From assembly GCF_023055435.1 (NCBI RefSeq), contig NW_025964390.1:930001-994000 (forward strand): a DNA stretch of 64,000 nt, given 5' to 3'. Position 1 is the first letter of the stretch. Every line of letters starts with the position of its first letter. The notes below the pieces were generated by a model, which was not told the DNA's origin, did no database searches, and was given only the letters and a program-made list of their open reading frames with translations. This document shows positions 48,479 through 60,123 of the stretch, one piece after another. This DNA comes from Haliotis rufescens. Lineage: Eukaryota. The position numbers and the translations under genes are program-made.

Positions 48479-50889
48479 CCCAATTAAAACTTGTTAACTG
48501 CATGTCATTTTAACGAGCCACGTATGGTGCATAAACTTTAAGAAATCATGTTTAAAATTGTTTTAAATCATCTTTTAAATGAAATCTTAATTTCAAATGC
48601 ATTATGATGTGGTATTTTGCATAAATTTTCATTATTGAACTTCGATTTGTTAATCGTGTTTTTAATATTATAATATATGGAATTCGGTAAATACTGTTGA
48701 GCGTATGGATAACCTAATGCATGTTTATACCCAGGCTTAATTCCCCTCCTGGGCACAATGAATGAAGCCCATGCTCACACTCCGGCGCAGTGGTGAATTA
48801 GCATAACACCACTGCCACAGGCTTATTTGCATATCACGTGACGGGACTTTTCTCTTGTTTGAAAACAAACGCGCTTTTTCAGAAATCAGTATAGAACGGA
48901 CTAATGCAAGTATTTGAGGGCGCTTAACATATTGTTTTGCATGATTAAATAGATATGCCACTACAACTGCGACAGTGAGTTGCATGACAATATATATTTA
49001 TACATCAAAGTGACCGTATCGCTAGCTCTCCGTTGGGCTTCGGTGACAGCACGTGGAGCCGTACAAACAATGTAAACAAAGGATAACTACGCAAAAACAA
49101 GTAGATAAGGGATACTTTCTTAATGAATCATAACCATTCTTTGACATTTGTTTATGAAAATGTGCAGACTTGTCAAACATGAAACGGATGAAAAGCATAT
49201 GCTATATCTTGAATGGACTGTGAAAGATGTGACGAATCGTCACATGGCGCTGGCTTGTGGCAGAGGTACTCACACTCCGTCGCAGTGGTGACTCAGCATG
49301 GAACTCTGGGTAGGAGAGTGAGAGGTACTATGCTGGCTGGCTGCCGGCCGCATGGAACTCTGGGTAGGAGAGTGGCCAATGCTTTGGGTCCACCGCGTTT
49401 AACATTCGTCACCACTTGCCCTTTTCCGTGACCTGCAACTGGACTCTCCTGCCATTTTGTTTTGAGGAATTGTGTCACATATAATTTATTATTTTCTTGT
49501 CAAATAACAAGCGTATCTCATCTCGGTACCTGACACAGTTCATTTTTTGAAAAGTGGCGCTGCAACGAGTAAAAATGTCAACTTTGTCGGATCAAGAGAT
49601 TGGATAAACATGTCATTTGACAAGGAAAAACTAATGTTCTATTTAAATGACCTTCACAGTCTTATCTGAAAAAAACCAACAACATTGTGTCATTGGAACA
49701 GACGCAAAGTGGTTCCGCCATTAAGTTTATTTCCGCCAAGTAAGATGTCGATTTATATTTTCAGAAGCTCATAATACCAAGCACAGGATTGTCTGGCCCA
49801 GATTCGATTACTTACAGATCTCAATCATACAGCTGGAATATTGCTCAGTGAGGCGTGAAACAACAAACAATCAAAGAAACAAATATTTTCAGATAAATAA
49901 AATGCCAATTTCAATACATTGTACATGTTCGGTGGTTGTAACGAATATCGACTATTCGATTTGCTTCCACTCACATGATTCGATCTGCCGATTGAGAGTC
50001 GATCTCATGATATTTCAGGACAATTTGTTTCCATGGTATCAAAATTTCTTAATTAATTATATAAGATAGCTACGCGATAAATCACAAAGAACAATGAAGA
50101 ACAAAGCGCGGTTTATTTCACGATAAAACATTGTTCTATTATGACGTCATTTCTGGAGATTCGAACATGCGCTCGCAACTTGATGACGTCATAAATCGGA
50201 CGACGTTACTTTTTTAAATTGAAGTACCTAGCGCTTAGCTGGGCCCCGCAGATGACCGCGGTGGCCGAACGATCGCATCCCAAAAACGGGAAAGGTATGA
50301 CAATTGGTATTAGGAAAAGGTACAGGTATTAAATTGACGTGAGGATTGTGAGAATGTGCGGGAAATACCCCCTGTGCATCAAATGGGCTTGTCCGACATT
50401 GCCGCGGTCGGATTCTATAGATGGAGTCATCATTATTAAAATACGGGTAACTATTTTTAAAGCTTGTACAATTTAATGACATCCTTTAAAAGGCTGTTCA
50501 AAATGTTGATATCTCATAAGAAATAAACGACTCGTGGTTGTTTATCGCTACGCCCCTCATGGTTTATTCTCTCTGCAGTGTTTTATTGTACGATAAACAA
50601 CTCCCACTCGTCGTTTATTTCTCAAATAAAACTATGTATGCCAACGCCATACTCCATACTGCCTCGTCCGATGCTGTGACGTCATATTCGTAAGACGTCA
50701 CCATTTCACGTTATTGAATCAATATGAATTTGGGTTGTCTCCTTGCTCTGAATAGAAACCATTATCATAAAATAAAGTGGATTATGGGGGATAAGAAATA
50801 ATTACGATGTCCAAGCTGAATATGTGCCAACCTGGTGCGGTGAGGTGAGGTGAGGTGAGGTGAGGTGAGGTGAGGTGAGGTGAGGAGAG

Positions 50890-50925
<36 letters not shown>

Positions 50926-52305
50926 CTGCTTGTACTAGTCCGGACTGCCGATTTATAGTGCTAGCCCACAGAGATACCATGCGGCAGTTTAACATGAATA
51001 CCCCACTCAGACACAGTATACTGACTCCGAGCCGACCAGTCCTTGTTTTAGTCCCTTATGCCGAGCACCAGACAGGGTAACAACAAGTACCTTCTTTTAA
51101 CGCCTTTGGTATGACGCAGCCGGGGATCGAACCCCAAGACCTCCCGCACTCCGACCGGACGCTCTACCACAAGACCACGGAGCGGTCTGTGCATTCAACA
51201 CACAATAGATGTTATGACGTCATAATGGTAGCGCGTTACCTTTGACCTCAGTACAGACAGAACCGTCTGAGCAGCCAAGGCAGTGTGAGTGTACTTTTTA
51301 TCAAGGGGATTCCTACTCAAGTTTTACTGGGTATGTTATATAGACATAAATTAACACACATGGTATGAGGTGCATGCTGTTCGTTAAAACAAATTCTGAA
51401 AAGATAATATTGCTCTGACTGATATTTTGTTTGTTTGTTTGTTGTTTAACACCGCACTCAGCAATATTCCAGCTATATGACGGCGGTCTGTAAATAATCG
51501 ATTCTGGACCAGACAATCCAGTGATTGGTATCATGAACATCGATCCACGCAATAAGGATCGATGACATGCATCAACCAAGTCAGCGAGCCTGACCACCCG
51601 ATTCTTTCGACAAGCAAAGTCGCCTTTTACGGCAAGTATGGGTTGCTGAAGACCTATTCTACCCCGGATCTTCACGGGTCGACGGATATATACACACACA
51701 TCATATGATCTACATGTTGTTTATCAATGACAATGACAAACTGGATGTATCCGTGCGGCATGGGACGTTGTTCCTTTTATCAATCACTGGATTGTCTGAC
51801 ACGGGCTCGATTATTTGCAGACCGACGTCATATAGCTGGAATATTGCTTCGGCGTTAAACAACAAACAAACCAAAACAAACAAAATATCATCTATAGCGA
51901 TGCAGGTCTAAGACGTTTAACTCTTTGGTCAAACCCACGTGCACGGTTATTGTGCTGACAAACCTAGAAACATAATCAGGGCGCATCTGGGATTCGAACT
52001 CTCGAATATAGGTTCCTGGCACACCTAAGGGAGGCAATTCTGCATGGCGGCGCTTTAGAGGACAGGGCTATCCGTGTCCCCAAGTGGTGAGCCATGCAGT
52101 GTGGACATGTGCAGCGATGCTCCTGCGAACCCTAATGTTGAAACGGGCGACCTTTGTCAATGATGCAGAAAGGGGGACACTTCAGACGAAATGTTATGTG
52201 CATAACTAAGCTTGATCCGTATCTCCCTCAGTGATTGTTCGTCACGTGCTGTAATTATTTCACCACATGTTGCACATATCAAAGGAGCTTTTAATCAGAC
52301 ACAGA

Positions 52306-53700
52306 ATGGTTTCACTACAAGCTGGAGCTCGCTTGTTGCAGGCAAAACGTGAAGGGACACCTCGTCGTTTGGTCTGGACGACTGTCATAGCATGTCTAGG
52401 AGCGTTGTGTTTTGGATATGTTCTCGGATACAGCTCACCAGCAATTCCGAGCATGATAAAAAGTGGTGTTTTGATCAAGCAAAATGCAGGATGGTTTGGA
52501 TCGCTGATGACAGTTGGAGCAATACTCGGGGGCCCCTCAGGCGGATGGTGTATTGAGAAGTTTGGTAGACGCAAATCTCTAATGATAGCGTCTGTTCCGT
52601 TCTTATTGGGTTGGGTTGCGATGCTGTCGTCATCAACGTTAACGTACCTTTATGCTGGACGATTTCTTACCGGATTCTCCTCAGGACTCGTGACAGTTTG
52701 TGTACCAGTTTACATTGCTGAAATTTCCACCAAATCCATGAGAGGTGTTCTCGGATCATGTACTCAACTTTTCATAACAGTCGGAGTATTGCTGGCATAT
52801 GCATGTGGACTTCACTTTGACTGGCGAGGCCTGGCACTCATAGGTGCCATACAAGCGGTCTTAGCTCTAGTCATGTCATTCCTCATCCCAGAAACACCCC
52901 GATGGTTGCTAGGGAGAAACCAGAAGGCTGAAGCCATCCAGGCCTTGAAGGCCCTACGTGACGCGCATATGGACGTTCATGAGGAATGCAGAGACATCGA
53001 AGAAGGCCTTGATCCACAAGAGGACTTTGCTTGGTCGGGATTTCTGCAGAAACCGGAACTGTCCAGACCTCTCTTCATTGCACTTATGCTTTTCACATTC
53101 AGGCAGCTTAGCGGGATTTCCGCAGTCACTTTCTACACTGTGTTAATGTTTGAATCATCAATTCCTGACCTTGCCCATGGTGCTACTGTGGCTGTTGGTG
53201 CTATCCAAGTTGTTGCTACCTTTGCAGCCTGCCTCCTGATGGATCGAGCCGGCCGGAGGAAGCTTTTGATCATCGCTGGATTAATCATGTCAGCATCTCT
53301 CTTCATATTTGGGCTGTACTACAAGTTGCAAGCTAGCAATTCCTTGAATAGTACCATGAAAACATGGCTACCCGTCTGCTCACTCATGATCTATATTGTT
53401 GGCTTTTCTTTGGGATGGGGACCGATTCCTGTGCTTGTTATGTCTGAAATATTTCCCTCCCGTGCAAGAGGAGCTGCAAGTTCTATTGCAATCCTTGGTA
53501 ACTGGCTGGTGGCTTTTGTGGTCACTAAAGAATTCATGACGATGCAAAAAATTCTTGGACAAGATGGAACCTTTTATCTGTTCGCTATGTTTTGTTTGAT
53601 GTCGGTAATGTTTGTCTGGAAATATCTTCCAGAGACCAAGGGAAAGTCGTTGGAAGAAATCGAACTTTATTTTCATGAAAAAACATTGATGATAAAGTAA
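52306..53700 (+). CDS. SLC2A8: GLUT8-like sugar transporter, copy 3, intron-less CDS, 464 aa (in-frame upstream ATG at 52267)
   Basis: Tandem duplicate of copy 2 with shared flanks. TM7 reads RQLSGISAVTFY; TM10 reads GWGPIPV. Confidence 0.9.
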   Translation: MVSLQAGARLLQAKREGTPRRLVWTTVIACLGALCFGYVLGYSSPAIPSMIKSGVLIKQNAGWFGSLMTVGAILGGPSGGWCIEKFGRRKSLMIASVPFLLGWVAMLSSSTLTYLYAGRFLTGFSSGLVTVCVPVYIAEISTKSMRGVLGSCTQLFITVGVLLAYACGLHFDWRGLALIGAIQAVLALVMSFLIPETPRWLLGRNQKAEAIQALKALRDAHMDVHEECRDIEEGLDPQEDFAWSGFLQKPELSRPLFIALMLFTFRQLSGISAVTFYTVLMFESSIPDLAHGATVAVGAIQVVATFAACLLMDRAGRRKLLIIAGLIMSASLFIFGLYYKLQASNSLNSTMKTWLPVCSLMIYIVGFSLGWGPIPVLVMSEIFPSRARGAASSIAILGNWLVAFVVTKEFMTMQKILGQDGTFYLFAMFCLMSVMFVWKYLPETKGKSLEEIELYFHEKTLMIK

Positions 53701-54400
53701 ATTGTCTATTTTGTTTATGTAATATTCTTCTCCTTAAAATATTAACTTAATGTGAACGTGATTCCTGTGCGTATCGATCTAGAATGTTTGCTATCAATTT
53801 TCAGTATTATATTTGAAATCAGTTTACACAGTAAAGAACGTTAATAACGAACATGCTTATAACGAACTGACTGATATAATGAACAGTTTTTTAGCCCCGT
53901 CCATTTGCAATACATATGCCCTATATGTGCTTATAACGAACTACGGTTATTACGAACTAAATTTAGTGGTCCTTTAAATTCGTTATAAGCGTAGTTTATT
54001 GTATTGTTAATTCATTTAATTTTGAACTGGATATACTACAAAAAAATAATTTACCAGGATGTGTATTAAACCCATACAAAACATGTTTCTCTCTACCTCG
54101 TTGTTTAGTATTGTGTTTAAAGTGTTTTGTCTACAAAGATAAGATCTAAATATACGAAATGGACTGACATCTTACTATATATATATATATATATTCCTAA
54201 AATCTAAATATGTCTGGGATCTAACGGATTGAGGATGTAAACATGGTTTAAATATCAACAAGACAATATCTAAACGGGTATCCTTGGAGAGGCCTGGACC
54301 AGGGATCTGTCATTATATATCCGTTTCTTACTAACAACCGAGGGAGAAATAACGTCCAGTATGAAATATACAACCTTCTAATACGCTTGCCCTTAATATA

Positions 54401-55588
54401 CAATCTTCCAAAAAAGAAACGCACATATGATTTTTAGTAAATCTATTGTACCTGATAAAGTCGATATATTTAATTAAATATGATAGATACAAAGATGAAA
54501 TTTTGGAGCTCGATTGTCTCAGGCTTTGAAAACTGTTCATTGTCATGTCACATTAGGTCACAAGGTTGTATCACGAGTATCTCTTTGGCCAGTTGTGGGA
54601 GTGTCTGCGGCGTGTTCTGACGTTGACGTCCACGTCGATCGAGTTCATCCCAGAGGTGTTCGATTGGTTTGAGATCTGGAGATCTCGGAGGCCAGGGCAA
54701 GTCGTTGATGTTGACATTATGAAGGTAGTCCCTGAAGTTTCCCTGAACCACCACCAAGTCAGATTTCGTGGAGTCGGATATGACACTACCGCCACCGAAA
54801 TTGATTGTCGAATTCACGTACACAATGTGGGGCCAAACGCTCATTTCCAGGACATTAAACACGTTGTCTTCCATCTCGCCGGTGAAGACGAAATCGTGAT
54901 TCACCGCTAAACCACACTCGTTTCCAGTTTCTCAAATTCCAAGGCTGTAAGGTATGACACAAACGCAAACGAAAATGGTTCCTGAGTCTGGTTCGATATC
55001 CTCCTCAAACCAGGGATGCGCCCTGCAGTCTCTGTAGCTGTGGCATTGCGATGACGTAGGTGGAACAGTCGAATGTAGCGATCCTGTGCAGGTGTGGTAA
55101 CTCTTCGTCGGCCGGTTCTCGGACGGTCTGCAGTGGAATTGAACTTAGTGTATCGGTCACAAAGGTGGACGTTGAAGTGGCGTGCAACAGAATATTGCGA
55201 TTCCCCTCTTTGGATACGCCCTATGGCGATGTTCCGATCGGCAGCGCTGAGTCTCGGCATTTTCGACCTTAATAAATGTTGACAATTGAATGACAAATTA
55301 TTGGTTTATGCTTGCCTTTTAAAAACCACTACCACGAGTTATAAAATGCCAATGACTTGCACGTGCATTTTGCTTTACTGTTTTCCTCCATTCCATTTTC
55401 GAACAAGTGTGAAAACAATGCCGTTTAAGACATTGTAAATCGACAATGGCTGCGTTTTGACGCACCGTTTGTCGAATATCGGGTCACGAACATTTTCCAA
55501 TAACATATATCCCATTCATATACCGGATTTTGTGTGTGGTCAGGTTCAATGAACTACATGTTTTTGTGCGTTTCTTTTTTGAAGAGTG
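54401..55588 (-). mobile_element. Degenerate Tc1/mariner DNA transposon with transposase pseudogene
   Basis: TA-flanked ~25 bp TIRs (caatcttccaaaaaagaaacgcaca / tgtgcgtttcttttttgaagagtg). Broken ORFs: MPRLSAADRNIAIGRIQRGESQYSVARHFNVH..DRPRTGRRRVTTPAQDRYI (HTH region), ESRFRLHRRDGRQRV, and WPPRSPDLKPIEHLWDELDRR (Tc1 SPDLNPIE motif). Confidence 0.9.
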
Positions 55589-56514
55589 TATATGAAATGT
55601 GTAGCTACTTGACATAGGAAATACCAACTTCGTCCACTTAATCGCTATTTCCCTCGGTGCGGGAATACCGATGAAATATGATTCGTTTAATATTTGTCAT
55701 ATTACAAAAACAGGATACTTAAAGATCGCTTTGTAGAATAGGGCCCAGAATACCAGTTGTGCGAAATCACATGACGACTTCAGTACTAAAACGCTCCTAT
55801 AAATAAACCCGCAATTAAAACTTGATAACTGCATGTTATTTTAACGAGGAATCGTATGGTGCATAAACTATTAGAAATCGTGTTTAAAATTGTTTAAAAT
55901 CATCTATTAAATGAAATCTTAATTTCAAATTTCAAATGCATGTATTTTGCATACATTTTCATTATTGAACTTCGATTTCTCAATCTTGTTTTTAATATTA
56001 TAATATATGGAATTCGGTAATACTGTTGGGCGTATGGATAGCCTAATGCATGTTTATACCCAGGCTTAATTCCCCTCCTGGGCACTATGTGTGAAGCCCA
56101 TGCTTTGGATTTACTGCGTTTTTGTGGGTGGGACATTGATAAAGCAGCGTAAACTATTCTCTCCCATTATGAACATCTGATTTATGAAAGCCATAAGGAC
56201 TTAATGACATTAACTAATACGTTGAGGCCGAGGTCAGTAAGTCAGGGGGTTTACCTCCACCCTGATGTAAGTAATCCCACAACATTGCTGTAATCCAACA
56301 ACATAAAGATGCCATTCCCTGTGTTGTTGGTCCGACAGATGGTGAAGGCTTGAGGTCACGCAGCCATGTTCAGCAGACAGCCTGGACGGCAGTAACGTCA
56401 TGGGGATAATCACAAGTAAGTACTTCATCTCAACGTTGACGACGTGAATGATCTTAAGGGGCCATGCCATTGTTTCAGTCAACACAGCTTTCATGCGACC
56501 CAAAGTGCTGTCGA

Positions 56515-59500
56515 ATGAAAGCGATGGCGCAGCGCTGCTCTGATCCGAGTTATATCAAGGCGTGTGAGTTAAGTGTGGAAGGGAGACCCAACTTAGCACA
56601 GGTTGTTTACGGTTACCACTTTGATTTTTTAATCAAGGCGTGTGAGTTTAGTGTAGAAGGGAGACCCAACTAATCACAGGTTGTATACGGCTACCACTTT
56701 GATTTTTTAATCAAGGCGTGTGAGTTTAGTGTAGAAGGGAGACCCAACTAATCACAGGTTGTATACGGCTACCACTTTGATTTTTTAATCAAGGCGTGTG
56801 AGTTTAGTGTAGAAGGGAGACCCAACTAATCACAGGTTGTATACGGCTACCACTTTGATTTTTTAATCATGGCGTGTGAGTTAAGTGTGGAAGGGAGACC
56901 CAACTTAGCACAGGTTGTTTACGGTTACCACTTTGATTTTTTAATCAAGGCGTGTGAGTTTAGTGTAGAAGGGAGACCCAACTAATCACAGGTTGTATAC
57001 GGCTACCACTTTGAATTTTTAATCAAGGCGTGTGAGTTTAGTGTGTAAGGGAGACCCAATTTAGCACAGGTTGTATACGATTACCACTGGGTGAGTGAGT
57101 GAGTGTGTCGGTGAATGTTTTGGAATTGGGTGAGTGAGTGGGTTGTAATTGGGTGAGTGAGTGAGTTTGTTAGGTTTAACGCCGTAAGTGCGATTGGGCA
57201 TCTCTCTGCGTGAGAATCTGTAGTGGCATCCATAGGACGTCACGCCCGGTGAAGCCTGAACGAACTTTCACTGTCCACTCTAATTGAAGCATGTATTGGG
57301 TTCTTGAACCAATCATATTTCAGCCTACTGAAACCAAATTGCTTCATTTCTTTGACCAGATGGATGTCAATGTCGACGGAAATGTCGATCATAACAAAAC
57401 AAACACAAATATTTCCCTTGTGTGTGAAGATACCATAGCGCTCAGAAACACCACGGTGTAAAAAATAGACAACGATATAAGAGCGATGCCTTTATTATTT
57501 ACTTTCTAAACTGACCTTTTATGCTCATTTTCGAGATGCAGAAATCAGATAACTGTATGCTTCACTCACTTTTACCAAGAATTTAGAAGCTTCGGCGCTG
57601 ATTGGCTGATCAGAAAGTTCACCGGACGCGACCTCTTATGGAGGGTTTGTCATGTTTTCACGTTAGGAGGTGTCGTATCGCAGTAACATATATGACCATG
57701 ATGCTAATGTGAAGCAATACACTTCATTTATGGCGTGGATAGTTGCCCACAACGTCAATCACAGAATTGACTTATCGAGACTCGATTTACAGGCCGCCGT
57801 CATATGGAACGACAGACAGTACTTAATCTCTTAAATTTCCATAATAGTTGCAAAGAAATTACATCATTTCTTCATAACACTATTTTTACACTGAAATAGG
57901 TGTTGCCATTGTATTATGATTGGTAGTAGGATTTGTTGGTTGGGATATATATATCGCGAATGTCTTTCAAATAATGGTATAGTTTGTTGTTTAACGCCGC
58001 ACTCAGCAATATTCCAGCTATATGATGGCGGTCTGTAAGTAATCAAGTCTGGACCATACAATCCAGTGATTAATATCATGAGCCACGCAATTTGGATACG
58101 ATGACATGCATCAAACCAAGTCAGCGACCCTGACCACCTTATCCCGTTAGTCGCCTCTTACGACAAGCATAGTTTCCTTTTACGGCAAGCATGGGTTGCT
58201 GAAGACCTATTCTACCCCGGATCTTCACGGGTCTTCAGAAATATAATGGAGCTGGTCACCAACATTGTTTTGGTTCCACAAATTGCTCATCCTTTGTGTG
58301 GTGACTGCAGCAGTGTTAACCATTTACACTTATACAAATAGAATCCTTCTATAATCATGCTAAAATCAGAGTCCATTCCGACTTTGTGATGTGTTAATGA
58401 ATTACTATCAAACAGTGATTACATGAGTCAATTGCTGGACTGTCTATCACAAAACCTTTTGAAGGTTTTATTAAGGCGCTTAATGTTGTTGCCCCGATCA
58501 AAAGACTTTTGAGCAAAGACCTATTTTAAACTGAAAGATATTACCCGGGGGTATCCCTAACTGTTCTTTCTCCCATCTATACAGGTAAAAACAGATTCCT
58601 CGAACTTCGGAAAAGGCCTCTGAGCTTCAGTGATGAACATGACGACCACATAACGGTCAGCGAAGACAAGCGGACAGCGCATTGGGGCTTGGACACCAGT
58701 CAGTCGGACGCCAGCGGGAGGTGCTATTCCAACCGAACTCTTCACGCCAACGAACTTGTTCGAATGTCAGTCCGAGGATCCGGGTTCTTTGACCTCGGTT
58801 TGACCGACGTCCACCCAGCTCAGCTTCACAGTAACAGAGATTTCATCTTCAAATGCATCGTCAGTAAGGTGTTGTATTTCGACCCAGTCATATTGGAGTT
58901 TTACATCACACCGGAAGGGAATGTTTGCCTGACCGATGGAAGGGACCCGGAAGTTAATATCGCACTTGGCACCCCAGCGAATACTCACTGGTTGGCGATG
59001 AAACTTGGGTGTGGAGAAATAACAGTTTCATTTTTATCAGACGGTGGGTTTTTTAGAATAGTTAAAAAGGTATCCAAATTAGAAAAAAAATGTCGTCAGT
59101 ATCTCGTACGGACGCTCAAACTTTTTGTGAGATGACATTCACAATGATTTCATAGTCAAAATGAGGTTTCAAAATGGGATGAATTTTTTCACCATATGTT
59201 TCTGCTCTCTTAAACTTCATCCTCTCAGAAAACCATCTTGTACATCTCAAATCAGACTTTTGAAACATTTTCGTCTTGCGTCTGCATTTTGTTTTGTTAA
59301 AACTCCACAACGAAAATAAAAAGGACGAACAACCATAATTATTTCTAAAATATATTAAACTTTCCAAAAAGGGCCCCTGTTATCACCTTTTCCCTAAGGA
59401 GCGATGGGGTAGCCTAGTGGTTAAAGCGTTAGCTCGTCACGCCGAAGACCCGGGTTTGAATTCCCACATGAATACAATGTGTGAAGCCCATTTCTGGCGT

Positions 59501-59731
59501 CCCCCGCTGTGGAATATTGGTAAAGGCGGCGCAAAACCATACACAATCTGGACCTGAAGGTATTCAGCTTGATCAAAGTTGATATTTGAATGCAAAATAT
59601 ATTGATGAATCTTTAAAGGAAATGCGAAAACTGATTGTTCTTCTGTTTCAGGTGAAGCAGCCTCCAGCTCTGAGTCCAGTTCAGAATCGGAGTCCAGTTC
59701 AGACACATTAAATCTTGCTATGGAACCGTAA
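56515..59731 (+). CDS. Small protein (~195 aa) with one divergent Neuralized-homology-repeat (NHR)-like domain and a Ser/Glu-rich tail
   Basis: Proposed exons: 56515-56563 (MKAMAQRCSDPSYIKA, phase-1 donor gtgagt), 58585-59043 (pyrimidine tract + cag, phase 1-1, open for 459 nt) and 59652-59731 (ttctgtttcag; GEAASSSESSSESESSSDTLNLAMEP*). The middle exon reads PLSFSDEHDDHITVSEDKRTAHW..GRCYSNRTLHANELVRMSV..FDLGLTDVHP..LEFYITPEGNV..WLAMKL, resembling the NHR pattern (L.FH..HG..I.LS....TA; FS.RPL..GE; LG.T..DP). Domain call is from recall and has not been searched. Possible UTR exon at 56339-56415. Confidence 0.62.
56554..57088. repeat. 78-bp tandem repeat (~7 copies) spanning the putative first coding donor of the NHR-like gene
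   Basis: atcaaggcgt|gtgagt starts at 56554, 56632, 56710, 56788, 56866, 56944 and 57022. Two unit variants are interspersed. Confidence 0.95.
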
Positions 59732-60123
59732 TGTAATGGTAATTTCATTATTTTCATTAAATGCACCAGAGCGCACGTGTGCACATTCGAGAACCATGTT
59801 TTTGTAAGGAGTCAGTGCGTTATGTATATCACCTAGGTGTGAAGTGTTTTCTTGTAGTAAACAATTATCAGAGTCTCAATTGATATTTTCGATTTTTGTC
59901 CCGTGACATGTTTTGACATACGGATAAAGATATGCATCTTTTAATATGTTCATAAAACTCCATTCTGCCACTCAACAGTTTTACCACGTTTGCTCATATT
60001 CCAGACCGTCGTCATATAGCTGCAATATTGCTGAGTGCGGCGTTAAACAACAAACAAACAACCATATTCCCCTTTGAAACAAATGGTCTTGAGTGTTCAC
60101 CAGAAGCAGTTCTTACCTTCACA

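Larger units (their letters stand above)
43470..48775 (+). repeat. Segmental duplication unit A (contains GLUT8 copy 2)
   Basis: Colinear homology to 49555-56105. Anchors: 43501~49586 (tgtcggata..aacatgtcatttgaca), 44083~50634, 44299~51210, 46970~54060, 48478~55808 and 48751~56080. Confidence 0.85.
49555..56105 (+). repeat. Segmental duplication unit B (contains GLUT8 copy 3, an inverted segment and a Tc1 insertion)
   Basis: See unit A. 54195-54368 is the reverse complement of 48168-48393, and 55589-55710 is the reverse complement of ~47220-47340. Confidence 0.85.

Noticed and set aside
43470-56105. GLUT8 copies 2 and 3 as an uncollapsed haplotype artefact
   Set aside because: The units differ by private SINE, MITE and Tc1 insertions, an inversion and many substitutions, which fits a real older duplication. 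Read-depth confirmation is still advisable in a heterozygous genome.
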